Assembly (NCBI GenBank): GCA_018303855.1
Contig: JAGVXI010000007.1
Span: 12,143-76,142 of the forward strand
Length of the DNA stretch: 64,000 nucleotides
Reading direction: 5' to 3'
From: Candidatus Pacearchaeota archaeon
GTDB lineage: Archaea; Nanobdellota; Nanobdellia; Pacearchaeales; GW2011-AR1
A program made the position numbers and the translations under genes. The notes below the pieces were generated by a model. It did not search any database. It saw nothing but the letters and a program-made list of their open reading frames with translations, and was not told where the DNA came from. The stretch's first letter is position 1. Every line of letters starts with the position of its first letter. Of the stretch, positions 19,558-28,749 are shown piece by piece.

Positions 19558-20174
19558 TGGAAAAAATAAACAGCAAATGCTTAAATTTAGGAAGCGGGGA
19601 AGAATTTATTGAAGGATGGGTTAATTTAGACTGCGACAAAACAAGGAAGGCGGATGTTTATTATAATTTAAATAAGTTTCCCTGGCCATTTAAAGATAAT
19701 GAGTTTGATAAAGTTTTAGCTTCGTATGTATTAGAGTACCTGGATGATGTTTCAAAAGCTATGATGGAAATATATAGGATAACAAAACCGAATGGAGCTA
19801 TTTTTATAAGCGCCCCGCACATAAGCAGTCCGTTTAAATGGATGGAATTAAGCCATAAACATTGTTTTTCATACCTGACATTTGGAGAATGGCATAATAA
19901 TAAAGAACTTTATCCTTATTTTGAGCTATTAAAGAAAAAAATAGTTTTTACAAGAATAAATTTCAGTTTTATGAATAAAATAATTAATCCAATAATAAAT
20001 CTTAACCCAGTTATTTATGAAAGGCTTTTTTCAGGTATTTTACCCAGTGCAGACATCATATATATCTTTAGAGTAAGAAAAGATAAAGAATTTTATGAAA
20101 GCAAAATAAAATACATGAAAATAATGGAAAACTCTAAAAAACTTGACAATCTAAAATTTATTATTGAATCTTGA
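19557..20174 (+). CDS. class I SAM-dependent methyltransferase (small, Methyltransf_11/23-like), paralogue 1 of 3
   Basis: 'CLNLGSGEEFIEGWVNLDC...LEYLDD...KPNGAIFISAPH'. Paralogous to 52900..53388 and 54550..55068. Confidence 0.6.
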   Translation: MEKINSKCLNLGSGEEFIEGWVNLDCDKTRKADVYYNLNKFPWPFKDNEFDKVLASYVLEYLDDVSKAMMEIYRITKPNGAIFISAPHISSPFKWMELSHKHCFSYLTFGEWHNNKELYPYFELLKKKIVFTRINFSFMNKIINPIINLNPVIYERLFSGILPSADIIYIFRVRKDKEFYESKIKYMKIMENSKKLDNLKFIIES

Positions 20175-20177
20175 CAA

Positions 20178-21116
20178 ATGAAAAATAATTATAAAATAAG
20201 CTTCCTTATTCCTGCACACAATGAAGAAAAAATAATTGCAACAACAATCTCACATTTGCTAAAAATCCCTTATGATAATTATGAGGTTATAATAGGATTG
20301 GACGGCTGCACAGATAAAACAGAGGAGATAGTTAAAAATTTCTGCAAGAAATCCAGCAAAGTCAGATATTATAAACTTAATTTGCGCCAGGGAAAGCCAG
20401 CTGTAATAGACAGCATAATAAAAAAAGCCCTGGGAAAAATTGTTTTCATAAATGATGCTGACTGGACTTATGAAATAAAGGATAATAAAATGTTTGAGAA
20501 ATTTTTATCTGTTTTTAATGACAAAAAAATTGGAGGCATTGCAGAATCTTTTCCGGCAGAATGGCACAGAGATAGATTAAAAAAAGGGGATATTGGCTAT
20601 AAAATGGAAGCATACAGCTCTTATTTCTGGCTTAAATATCAAAAAAAAAGATTTACTTATAAAAAAGGCAGAATAAGATATCTAAAAGAGCCTACAATGT
20701 TCCTTACAAACATTTTCAGAAAAAAACTTTACAAACCAAACTTCTCACTTGGCGATGATTTTGAAAGAACGCACTATATAATAAAAAATGGATACCAAGT
20801 TGTTTTGTTTGACGACCCTAATATGCCCAGAATAAAAACAACTTATTATCAAACAAAACTAAAAGATTCTTTTAATCAAAAGATAAGAACAGCTGTTGCA
20901 AGAAAGCAACTAAAAAGCAAAGAAGTTTTTAACATCGGGATAAAAGATTACTATCTTCCTGTAACTTGGTATATCTTTAAAGAAGCGTGGAAAACAAACA
21001 TAAAAATAGGATTTATAATAAGTTTTTGGGTTGCAATGACTATCACAGCCACCATAATCGCCAAATTTAAAAAAATTGGGACAAAAGAAGGATGGAAAAT
21101 AAGAATAAAAAGATAA
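20178..21116 (+). CDS. GT2 glycosyltransferase with a C-terminal membrane anchor
   Basis: 'ISFLIPAHNEEKII', 'IGLDGCTDKT', 'INDADW'. Confidence 0.7.
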   Translation: MKNNYKISFLIPAHNEEKIIATTISHLLKIPYDNYEVIIGLDGCTDKTEEIVKNFCKKSSKVRYYKLNLRQGKPAVIDSIIKKALGKIVFINDADWTYEIKDNKMFEKFLSVFNDKKIGGIAESFPAEWHRDRLKKGDIGYKMEAYSSYFWLKYQKKRFTYKKGRIRYLKEPTMFLTNIFRKKLYKPNFSLGDDFERTHYIIKNGYQVVLFDDPNMPRIKTTYYQTKLKDSFNQKIRTAVARKQLKSKEVFNIGIKDYYLPVTWYIFKEAWKTNIKIGFIISFWVAMTITATIIAKFKKIGTKEGWKIRIKR

Positions 21117-22069
21117 CAAAATCTGGAATGATTAAAGTTAAAAAATGTCCGTGCTGTGAAAATAGGAATCTCTCAGTGCTTTATAAAAACATGTGGGATA
21201 AGATGCATTTTGTCAACGGCATATTTGATTTATTGGTATGTAATAAATGCAGATTAATTTTCCTTGAGCCAAGATTAAATGAAAAACAGCTTTCCAAATA
21301 TTATCCTGAAAAAGAGTATTATTCATTTCATAACATTAATCCTCTGGCATTGAAATACCATAAATTGTGTGCATATTACTATTCTAAAAAAAATCCGTTG
21401 GTTAGTTTATTACTGACTCCATTTAAACCATTATTTTACACTTATTTCACTGATAATAATCACGAAAAAGCTTTGCTTGAAATTGGATGCGGAGATGGGT
21501 TAAAACTTGCAATATATCAGCAATATGGATTAAAAACAGCTGGTTTAGAGCCTTATGGTTCAAAATTAACAGAAAAGGAGAAAGGGCTTGGAATAAAAAG
21601 ACAATCACTTAAAGAAGCAAGATACAAAGAAAATAGTTTTGATATCATTGTTTTAAAAGAAGTTTTAGAGCATATTCCTAATCAAAAACTTGTGTTGGAA
21701 AAATGCAGAAAATGGCTTAAGCCAGAAGGCAAATTAATAATAACCATTCCAAACACAGACGGGTTATGGGTAAAGATGTTTGGAGAAAATTGGTTTGGGT
21801 ATGATGTTCCGAGGCACTTATATAACTATAATCAAAAAAATATCAGAATTGTGCTGAATAAATATGGTTTAAAAATTAACAAAATAAGAGCCTATGATAC
21901 GCCTTATATGTTAGATGGCTCTTTCAGTTTTAGAGCAGTTGCTTTAACAAGAAAAAGAGAACACCCAATAATTTTTTCAAATGCTGCAAAAATTTTATTC
22001 ACTCCAATAAGCCTGCTTGTAAGTTATTTAGGAAAAGGTTCATTGATGGAGATTGAGTGCGGGAAATAA
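21092..22069 (+). CDS. SAM-dependent methyltransferase with an N-terminal Cys4 zinc ribbon
   Basis: 'CPCCEN...CNKCRL' followed by 'LLEIGCGDGLKL' (motif I) and 'LKPEGKLIITIPN'. The likely start is the ATG at 21128 (MIKVKKCPCC). Confidence 0.65.
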   Translation: MENKNKKITKSGMIKVKKCPCCENRNLSVLYKNMWDKMHFVNGIFDLLVCNKCRLIFLEPRLNEKQLSKYYPEKEYYSFHNINPLALKYHKLCAYYYSKKNPLVSLLLTPFKPLFYTYFTDNNHEKALLEIGCGDGLKLAIYQQYGLKTAGLEPYGSKLTEKEKGLGIKRQSLKEARYKENSFDIIVLKEVLEHIPNQKLVLEKCRKWLKPEGKLIITIPNTDGLWVKMFGENWFGYDVPRHLYNYNQKNIRIVLNKYGLKINKIRAYDTPYMLDGSFSFRAVALTRKREHPIIFSNAAKILFTPISLLVSYLGKGSLMEIECGK

Positions 22070-22146
22070 AAATGTATTAAGCATGATATAAGAGTATACA
22101 CTACATTACGATTAATTTTATATATCTTCCACAAATTGTTTATCTT

Positions 22147-23178
22147 ATGAAAGAGTTACCAAAAATCAGCATTGTTACTTGCACCTATAATGGCGAGAGG
22201 GTTATAGGAGAATATTTTAATGGCATCTTTGCCCAAGATTACCCAAAGAATAAAATTGAACTGATTCTTAATGACGGTGGTAGCACTGATAAAACACTTG
22301 AGATAATTAAAAAATATCAACAGAAATATCCTAAGATTGTCAAAATTTATCATAACCCAGAACAATATTCTATAGGCAGGGGATTTGGCATGGACATGGC
22401 AACAAGAAAGGCAAAAGGAGAGATTATTGTTCAATTAGACCAGGATAATATTCTTGTTCAAAAAGATTGGCTGAAAAATATGATACAAATCTTAATCAAA
22501 AACAAGGATATTACAGGGGTTCAGTCCAGGCTTTTTATTCCAGAAAAAGCAAGTTTAACAGACAAATATGTTAACGCTATTGGTATAGAAGACCCTTTTG
22601 CAATACCATATTCACTAAATGCACAGATTGCATTAAACCCAAAAAAATTTGATTATAATAAAAATGGCAAATTTTTTATTTACGAGATTAATAAAGAAAA
22701 GTTTTATTATGCGGGAGATAATGGTTTTGCTATAAGAAAAAAAGATTTTCTTGAAACAGGCGGTTATACACAGGATATTGATAATTTTTGGCGCATGGCT
22801 AATTCAAATAAAAAATATAAAATTGCTGTTCCAAAAGATATAAGATTATACCATAAAACAACAACAGAATTAAAGCACCTGTTAAACAAAAGGATATATT
22901 ATATCGGGCATTATCTTCTAAAAAATTATGAAAGGCGTGATTTTTACTGGTTTGATTTTAAAAAAAATACGTTTAAGCAAAACCTAAGATTTATCAAATC
23001 TGTTTTATTTAACCTGGCTTTTATCCCAGGTTTAATACAGGGGCTTAGTAAAGCTGTTAAAGAAAAAAAATCTTACTGGCTGATTCATTCATTTGTTTTA
23101 TTTTTAATAACCATTGGGTATATATACGCATTTTTTTATGCAAATATTTTTAAGAAACAAAGAGAAGCGGGTATTTGA
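22147..23178 (+). CDS. GT2 glycosyltransferase with a C-terminal TM region
   Basis: 'ISIVTCTYNGERVI', 'LNDGGSTDKT', 'QLDQDN'. Confidence 0.7.
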   Translation: MKELPKISIVTCTYNGERVIGEYFNGIFAQDYPKNKIELILNDGGSTDKTLEIIKKYQQKYPKIVKIYHNPEQYSIGRGFGMDMATRKAKGEIIVQLDQDNILVQKDWLKNMIQILIKNKDITGVQSRLFIPEKASLTDKYVNAIGIEDPFAIPYSLNAQIALNPKKFDYNKNGKFFIYEINKEKFYYAGDNGFAIRKKDFLETGGYTQDIDNFWRMANSNKKYKIAVPKDIRLYHKTTTELKHLLNKRIYYIGHYLLKNYERRDFYWFDFKKNTFKQNLRFIKSVLFNLAFIPGLIQGLSKAVKEKKSYWLIHSFVLFLITIGYIYAFFYANIFKKQREAGI

Positions 23179-23331
23179 AAAAATAAGAAGTTACTGCTCA
23201 CTAAAACTCGCGATTATTGATATTTTTAATTTGCAGGATGTTTGATTAAAATAGCTAATGGTATAGTTATATAAGGCTCACTCTCAAATATTTTTTGTCA
23301 TTAACAATTTATTTAATTTTTACATTAACAC

Positions 23332-25170
23332 TTAGCTATCCTTTATCGTCCAAACATCACCAAAAGTAAAAGGGGAAATTTCATCTGTGTCTGGTTCTTG
23401 GGGATTGTAAGTTTTGTCCATTGTATGCAGGATAATTGCTTTTTCCCCCCCAAGAACCATATAGCCATGCCAATAACCTGGGGGAATTTTGATTAATATT
23501 GGATTTGTTTCTCCTATAACAAATGTTTTAAAATCTGCTTCTCTACTGCCCCCTGCTTTTTCTTTAGCAACAACATATTTTATATTTCCTTTAATGCAAG
23601 TTGTATAGTCTGTCTGCTTGCTGTGGCGATGCAAACCTTTGATAACCCCTGGGTATAAAACAGAAACTAGCACTTGCCCAAATTTTCCGTCAAACAATTC
23701 ATCATCTTGCCTCAAAGTTTCAAATAAATATCCCTGCTCATCTGAAAATAGTTTTAATGGTTTTATTCTAATGTCTGAAAAAGTATTTTTAACTTCTGAA
23801 GGCAGATTATTAATAAATGTATTACTATTAGCTGTTGTGCTGTTTATACTCTGTTCTATTTGCGCATATTGTTTAATGACATTATCACCCCCAGTAAATT
23901 CTGGCTCTAAAATTCTTGCTTTTGGGTAATGTACAATAAATCTCCCGCCTCTTGCTAAAAAATCTGTTTCTTTTTTCATTATTTCTGCAGCATGATTCCA
24001 AGCTGCAAGCAAAGCATAGTCAACATTTTTATCATTGTGAAAATGCTCTGGAGAAACAATAGGGATATGTTTTCCTGGGCTAAGTAATCCTTGCTTGTAT
24101 GGTGTAGAATCAGAAATATAATCTAAAATTTCTCTTCCTACATTGCAATAATTTTGAATAATTGTTCCTTTTGAAGCAGCTGCATAACCAACAATTTTTT
24201 TATCTTGAGATTTAAGATGCAACAACAAATTCTGCAATTCTTTTTTCGATTGAGCAGTATTTTCAGCAAACTGAATATACGGATTAATAGTATCAATGCC
24301 TTTTTGTTTTTCTTGCTCTAAAAGCTGCAAAAATCTTTGGGTTTTGGGATAAGTCCCACGTTTGCATGCATAAACTCTCATTGAACCTCCATGAACCCAT
24401 TGTCTTTCTGCATCAAAAATTTCAAAACCATGCATCCTATAAAGATTTGACAAAGAAGTTAAAGAAAAATACCAGATATGCTCATCATATATTTGGTCAT
24501 AAGAAGTTTTTTCCAAAATATCAAGAATATAAGGGTCTTCTGTTATAAACACCCCATTATCATCTAACAGAGCATTCAATCCGCGCATTAAATCATGCAA
24601 ATCAATTATATTTAATGTTACATTTGTTGAAAGAACTACCCTAAACCTGCCTCTTGACAAAACAATACTTTTTGCAAGCTGTTCTGAAAAAAACTGAGTA
24701 ATTGTCTCTATTCCCTGCTGCTGGGCGATTTCTGCAACATTTTGCGATGGTTCAATTCCCAAAACATTTCTTCTATTTAAAAATGATTTTAGCATAATTC
24801 CATCATTGCTACCAATTTCTAAAACCTTTGGATTTCTGTCAAGAAAACGTTGCTCAACTTCGTGTGCGAGATCTGCAAAATGCTCCTGCATTGCCACTGA
24901 AGTGGATGAAAAAAAAGCATAGTGGGTCTTGCCTGTTTCATCTGGAACAATATATTTGGCATAAGGGACGATGTTTATAAGTTGAACCATATTACAATTT
25001 TCACAAAAACCAACATCCATATTATAAACATATTCAACAAAGCCTGGCTTTTGCAATTCAGAGGGCTTAAGAAAAGCATTTGCAACAGGCATTTTGCCGA
25101 ATGAAATAAACTTCACCAAATTTTGAGTTTTACACAAAGGGCAATGCTTTTTTTCATCAAAAACAACCAT
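23332..25170 (-). CDS. fusion protein: TylCIII-like NDP-hexose C-methyltransferase (Zn-binding domain, SAM-MTase and C-MT C-terminal domain) plus a C-terminal RmlC-like cupin (dTDP-sugar 3,5-epimerase/3,4-ketoisomerase fold)
   Basis: N-terminus 'CPLCKTQNL...FCENCNMVQL', 'VLEIGSNDGIML' and 'KIVGYAAASKGTI' make up the C-MT architecture. The last ~190 aa, 'FETLRQDD...KGLHRH...IKIPPGYWHGYMVLG...YNPQEPDTDEISP', match the RmlC/FdtA cupin family. Confidence 0.65.
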   Translation of the reverse strand: MVVFDEKKHCPLCKTQNLVKFISFGKMPVANAFLKPSELQKPGFVEYVYNMDVGFCENCNMVQLINIVPYAKYIVPDETGKTHYAFFSSTSVAMQEHFADLAHEVEQRFLDRNPKVLEIGSNDGIMLKSFLNRRNVLGIEPSQNVAEIAQQQGIETITQFFSEQLAKSIVLSRGRFRVVLSTNVTLNIIDLHDLMRGLNALLDDNGVFITEDPYILDILEKTSYDQIYDEHIWYFSLTSLSNLYRMHGFEIFDAERQWVHGGSMRVYACKRGTYPKTQRFLQLLEQEKQKGIDTINPYIQFAENTAQSKKELQNLLLHLKSQDKKIVGYAAASKGTIIQNYCNVGREILDYISDSTPYKQGLLSPGKHIPIVSPEHFHNDKNVDYALLAAWNHAAEIMKKETDFLARGGRFIVHYPKARILEPEFTGGDNVIKQYAQIEQSINSTTANSNTFINNLPSEVKNTFSDIRIKPLKLFSDEQGYLFETLRQDDELFDGKFGQVLVSVLYPGVIKGLHRHSKQTDYTTCIKGNIKYVVAKEKAGGSREADFKTFVIGETNPILIKIPPGYWHGYMVLGGEKAIILHTMDKTYNPQEPDTDEISPFTFGDVWTIKDS

Positions 25171-25217
25171 AATTAAAAGTTAAAAACTTTGTTTAAATAG
25201 ATTATTGTGGTATTTTA

Positions 25218-26189
25218 TTAGTTTAAATCATCTAACTTGATAACTTTTCCAGAAGAAAGATATTTGTTATTAACTTTATATCCCCTATTAGCTAAAATAC
25301 CTAAAGCCTGCGTGTATAAAACAACATTTTTATGGAATAATACGCTTAAAAATGTTCCCAAACAATCATCAATTATGCCAAATCCTTTTGTAAGGGAATT
25401 TGCCACAGGTTTATTTTTGAATAAATCTTCCTTAACATTTTTTCCCTTTTTCCCTAAAGAATCAAAAACATCTAAAATATCTGCAAATCTATATGCTAAT
25501 AATAAACCAGGATTTTCTGCTCTTTTAATAAGTTGCATATTCTCAAGGTTTAATTTAGTTACACCATTGAACTGGCTATCTAAACTTACCTCAAACCCCC
25601 TTGAAAATCCAACATAATCAATACCCCCTATTTCTTCTGGTTTTAAATTTAAATGTCTTGCTAGATTAAATCTTGGAAAACCATCCATATCCAACATGCC
25701 TTTAACTAATCCAGGATATTTTTCAGAAGCTTGGTTTAAATACATGCCAGCATGTTGACCTGCTGTAGGAATATCATAAAAATCAACTCCATGCTGGGTA
25801 ATCCCATCAGTTCTTCTTTGCAGCAAGAATATTTCATCTAAGGAAAGAGGCAATATCTCAGTACTTAGCCCATGAATAGATTCAAAAAGATTTGTTTCAT
25901 TTTTTTCTAAAGCTAATTTAAACTGTCCTAAAAGATATTTGTATTCTGTTACTCCACAATTAATGAGTAACTTATCTTCTGTATAATGCACATCTAATGC
26001 TGTTGGAATCATAGAACTTTTCCATCCTTTATTTTCAACATCCCATTTTGCCTCAGCATAATTTCTTAAAAAATTAGAATGAGTTATTTTGCCACAACTA
26101 TCAATTGCTGATGCATTAACGGCATTTACTGGGCTGTCAAATGTACAAGCATAAAATTCTTTCCTTGGGAAAGAGTTGTTTTTTTTCAT
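25218..26189 (-). CDS. hypothetical protein, member A of an uncharacterised paralogous pair
   Basis: Shares 'KGWKSS', 'QRR' and 'PRFNLARHLNLKPEEI' with 27757..28743 ('PRLFNLETQLDFRKKEI'). I recognise no known family. Confidence 0.55.
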   Translation of the reverse strand: MKKNNSFPRKEFYACTFDSPVNAVNASAIDSCGKITHSNFLRNYAEAKWDVENKGWKSSMIPTALDVHYTEDKLLINCGVTEYKYLLGQFKLALEKNETNLFESIHGLSTEILPLSLDEIFLLQRRTDGITQHGVDFYDIPTAGQHAGMYLNQASEKYPGLVKGMLDMDGFPRFNLARHLNLKPEEIGGIDYVGFSRGFEVSLDSQFNGVTKLNLENMQLIKRAENPGLLLAYRFADILDVFDSLGKKGKNVKEDLFKNKPVANSLTKGFGIIDDCLGTFLSVLFHKNVVLYTQALGILANRGYKVNNKYLSSGKVIKLDDLN

Positions 26190-26262
26190 AACATTTGGTT
26201 AAGAAGTTCATTCTTAAGGATTGTTATACTAAAACCACATAAATCTTTATTAACTTATTACA

Positions 26263-27222
26263 TTGAAGAATTTCATGAGGCTTTTAGTCACAGGAGCTTT
26301 AGGGCATATTGGCTCTAAGCTAATAAGAGAATATGCTAAAAGGCAGGATATAGAGCTAATAAGAATTTTTGACAATATTTCTACGCAAAGATATTGCTCA
26401 TTGTTTAATTTGCCACAAAAGCGCGGGCTAAGATATGAGTTTATTGAAGCAGGCATAGATGACAAAAAAGCTTTAAAACGGGCTATGCAGAAAATTGATG
26501 TGGTTATTCATCTGGCTGCTATAACAGATGCTCCTTCTACTATTGCAACGCCAAAATTAACTCATAAAGTTAATTTCGAAGGAACTAAAAATGTGCTAAT
26601 GGCTGCAATTGATGCTAATGTTAAAAAATTTCTTTTTCCCTCTACAACAAGTGTTTATGGTGAAGCAGAAGGACTTGTAGATGAGAATTCTCCAGAAAAT
26701 ATGTATAAACCGGCTTCTCCTTATGCTGCTACAAAACTTAAGGCTGAAAAATTTATTTTAAAAACTGCAAAAGCAAAAGGGTTTAATGCAAATGTTCTTA
26801 GGATGGGAACTATTTTTGGAACAAGCATTGGCATGAGATTTCATACTGCAATAAATAAATTTTGTTGGTTAGCTGTAATGAACAAGCCATTAACTGTCTG
26901 GGATTCTGCATTAAACAGCATGCGTCCTTATTTGGGATTAAATGACTGCATAAGGGCTTTTTATTTCTTGGAAAAGCATGGAAAACCAGGAGAGCTGTAT
27001 AATGTTGTAACAAGAAATTATTCTATGAAAAATATAATTGAAACAATAAAGCAGTTTGTCCCAAATGTGCAAATTCAAATAACAAAATCTCCATTGCTTA
27101 ATCAAAAACCATATGAAGTCGGCAATGAGAAGATTAAGAAAATTGGATTTGAATTCAAGGACACTCTTTCTGGCGGAATAAGAGCAACTTTGGTGTTGAT
27201 GAAAGGAGTGAGAAGATTTTAG
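26263..27222 (+). CDS. NAD-dependent epimerase/dehydratase (extended SDR)
   Basis: 'LLVTGALGHIGSKL' Rossmann motif and 'YAATKLKAE' (YxxxK). Confidence 0.75.
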   Translation: MKNFMRLLVTGALGHIGSKLIREYAKRQDIELIRIFDNISTQRYCSLFNLPQKRGLRYEFIEAGIDDKKALKRAMQKIDVVIHLAAITDAPSTIATPKLTHKVNFEGTKNVLMAAIDANVKKFLFPSTTSVYGEAEGLVDENSPENMYKPASPYAATKLKAEKFILKTAKAKGFNANVLRMGTIFGTSIGMRFHTAINKFCWLAVMNKPLTVWDSALNSMRPYLGLNDCIRAFYFLEKHGKPGELYNVVTRNYSMKNIIETIKQFVPNVQIQITKSPLLNQKPYEVGNEKIKKIGFEFKDTLSGGIRATLVLMKGVRRF

Positions 27223-27358
27223 TTTTCCTGCATATAACTCTAATTGGAAACAGGCAGAGAAAGTAAGAAATATCTTATATAAATTACTTAATTAATGCAG
27301 GCATATATCTATATCAGGGTGCAATAATCCTTAAAAATGGATAGTTATAAAATGAGGT

Positions 27359-27721
27359 ATGTCAGAAGGTAAACAAATATATAAACCAGAAGAAATACGG
27401 GCAGAAGGAATAGTAAGAGCAATTACAAACAATAACAAGGATAAAAATTTAATAACTTTAAGACTTGAGGATAGAACCAGACATAAAACTAAACCAGAAC
27501 AACCAGAAGAAATTGAAGTTGATTTACCTGTAAAAAGAACAGACAATGATTTTGACTTAATTCCTTTACATTTAGCACTTTTAAACCAAAGAATTGAATA
27601 TCTTAGAACAAAAATGATTCATGACAATGGTGGGAATACAACACATCATTATATAAAAATACATACAGGACCTTTAAGAGGGCAGGAATATAGCAATATA
27701 AAGGAAAGGGCGGGAATATAG
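27359..27721 (+). CDS. hypothetical protein (120 aa)
   Basis: ORF only; hydrophilic, no recognisable motifs. Confidence 0.35.
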   Translation: MSEGKQIYKPEEIRAEGIVRAITNNNKDKNLITLRLEDRTRHKTKPEQPEEIEVDLPVKRTDNDFDLIPLHLALLNQRIEYLRTKMIHDNGGNTTHHYIKIHTGPLRGQEYSNIKERAGI

Positions 27722-27756
27722 TAATATAAAATAAAATTCTTTATTATTTAAAACAA

Positions 27757-28743
27757 ATGAGTATGATAAATAGAAGAGCTAACCCATGGATTGGAGTTTA
27801 TCCATTTGAAGGAAGAGGATTAATAATCAATGATATAAACTTAGGGGTTGAGTTAAACCCGGAAATGGCTGAATATATTGAGAAATTATGGCAGCCAAAA
27901 GCTGAAAAAGGATGGAAAAGTTCCTGGATTGCTTTTATAGATAAATTTTACTGTTCTTCTGCTGATAAAGAAGGTTATCTTGATAATAAAAGTGTTGTTG
28001 TAATTGCTAGCGCAATACCTTTTTATTATGTTGATGGAATAAATAAAGCAATAGAACAAGGCAAAAATTTTGCGCCAGAGCAAGGTTATGTTAATTGTTT
28101 GTCTGTTGGATTTCCAACAGCTACAAAAGATGGAAAAGTTATTTTTCAAAGAAGAGCCCCTGATGTTCATTGCCCAAATATTTTAATCCATGAACCATGC
28201 GGTTATATGACTTCTCTTGCTTTTGCATCAAGAGCAGAATGTGATAAGCCAGAACACGCAAATGATCCTAGATTATTTAATCTTGAAACTCAACTTGACT
28301 TTAGAAAAAAAGAAATTGCAGATACTTTTGGTTTAGAGGCAGAAGCTGTTATTTATGAACCAGCCCAGGATTGCTTAGCTGCCGGTTGGCTCACAACAGA
28401 AATGTATTTTTCAACAACAGGAAAAATAGATGCTTCTGAAAAAGAATTAAAATTACCAGAAAAAGGGGAATTTTTCTTTGTTCCATTTGAATATTTGAAA
28501 GATTTGATAAATAATCAAGGAAGGCTCTCTAAAATTAATCCTGAAGGTTATCGTCCTGAAGACCCAAGAGAAATTCCTTTAATTGATGAATCTTTAGTTG
28601 GATTAATATGGGGTTATGAAAAACTTACAGGAGAAAAACTTGATATAGAAGAAACAGTTGACAGGCTTGGACATGGCGGTCTTGATATTAGGGTTATGGA
28701 TACTTCTTTTAGAAAAAGTTATGTTTTTCCAACAAGGTTTTGA
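27757..28743 (+). CDS. hypothetical protein, member B of the uncharacterised paralogous pair
   Basis: See 25218..26189. Same length class (328 vs 323 aa) and the same shared motifs. Confidence 0.55.
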   Translation: MSMINRRANPWIGVYPFEGRGLIINDINLGVELNPEMAEYIEKLWQPKAEKGWKSSWIAFIDKFYCSSADKEGYLDNKSVVVIASAIPFYYVDGINKAIEQGKNFAPEQGYVNCLSVGFPTATKDGKVIFQRRAPDVHCPNILIHEPCGYMTSLAFASRAECDKPEHANDPRLFNLETQLDFRKKEIADTFGLEAEAVIYEPAQDCLAAGWLTTEMYFSTTGKIDASEKELKLPEKGEFFFVPFEYLKDLINNQGRLSKINPEGYRPEDPREIPLIDESLVGLIWGYEKLTGEKLDIEETVDRLGHGGLDIRVMDTSFRKSYVFPTRF

Positions 28744-28749
28744 TAAAAA

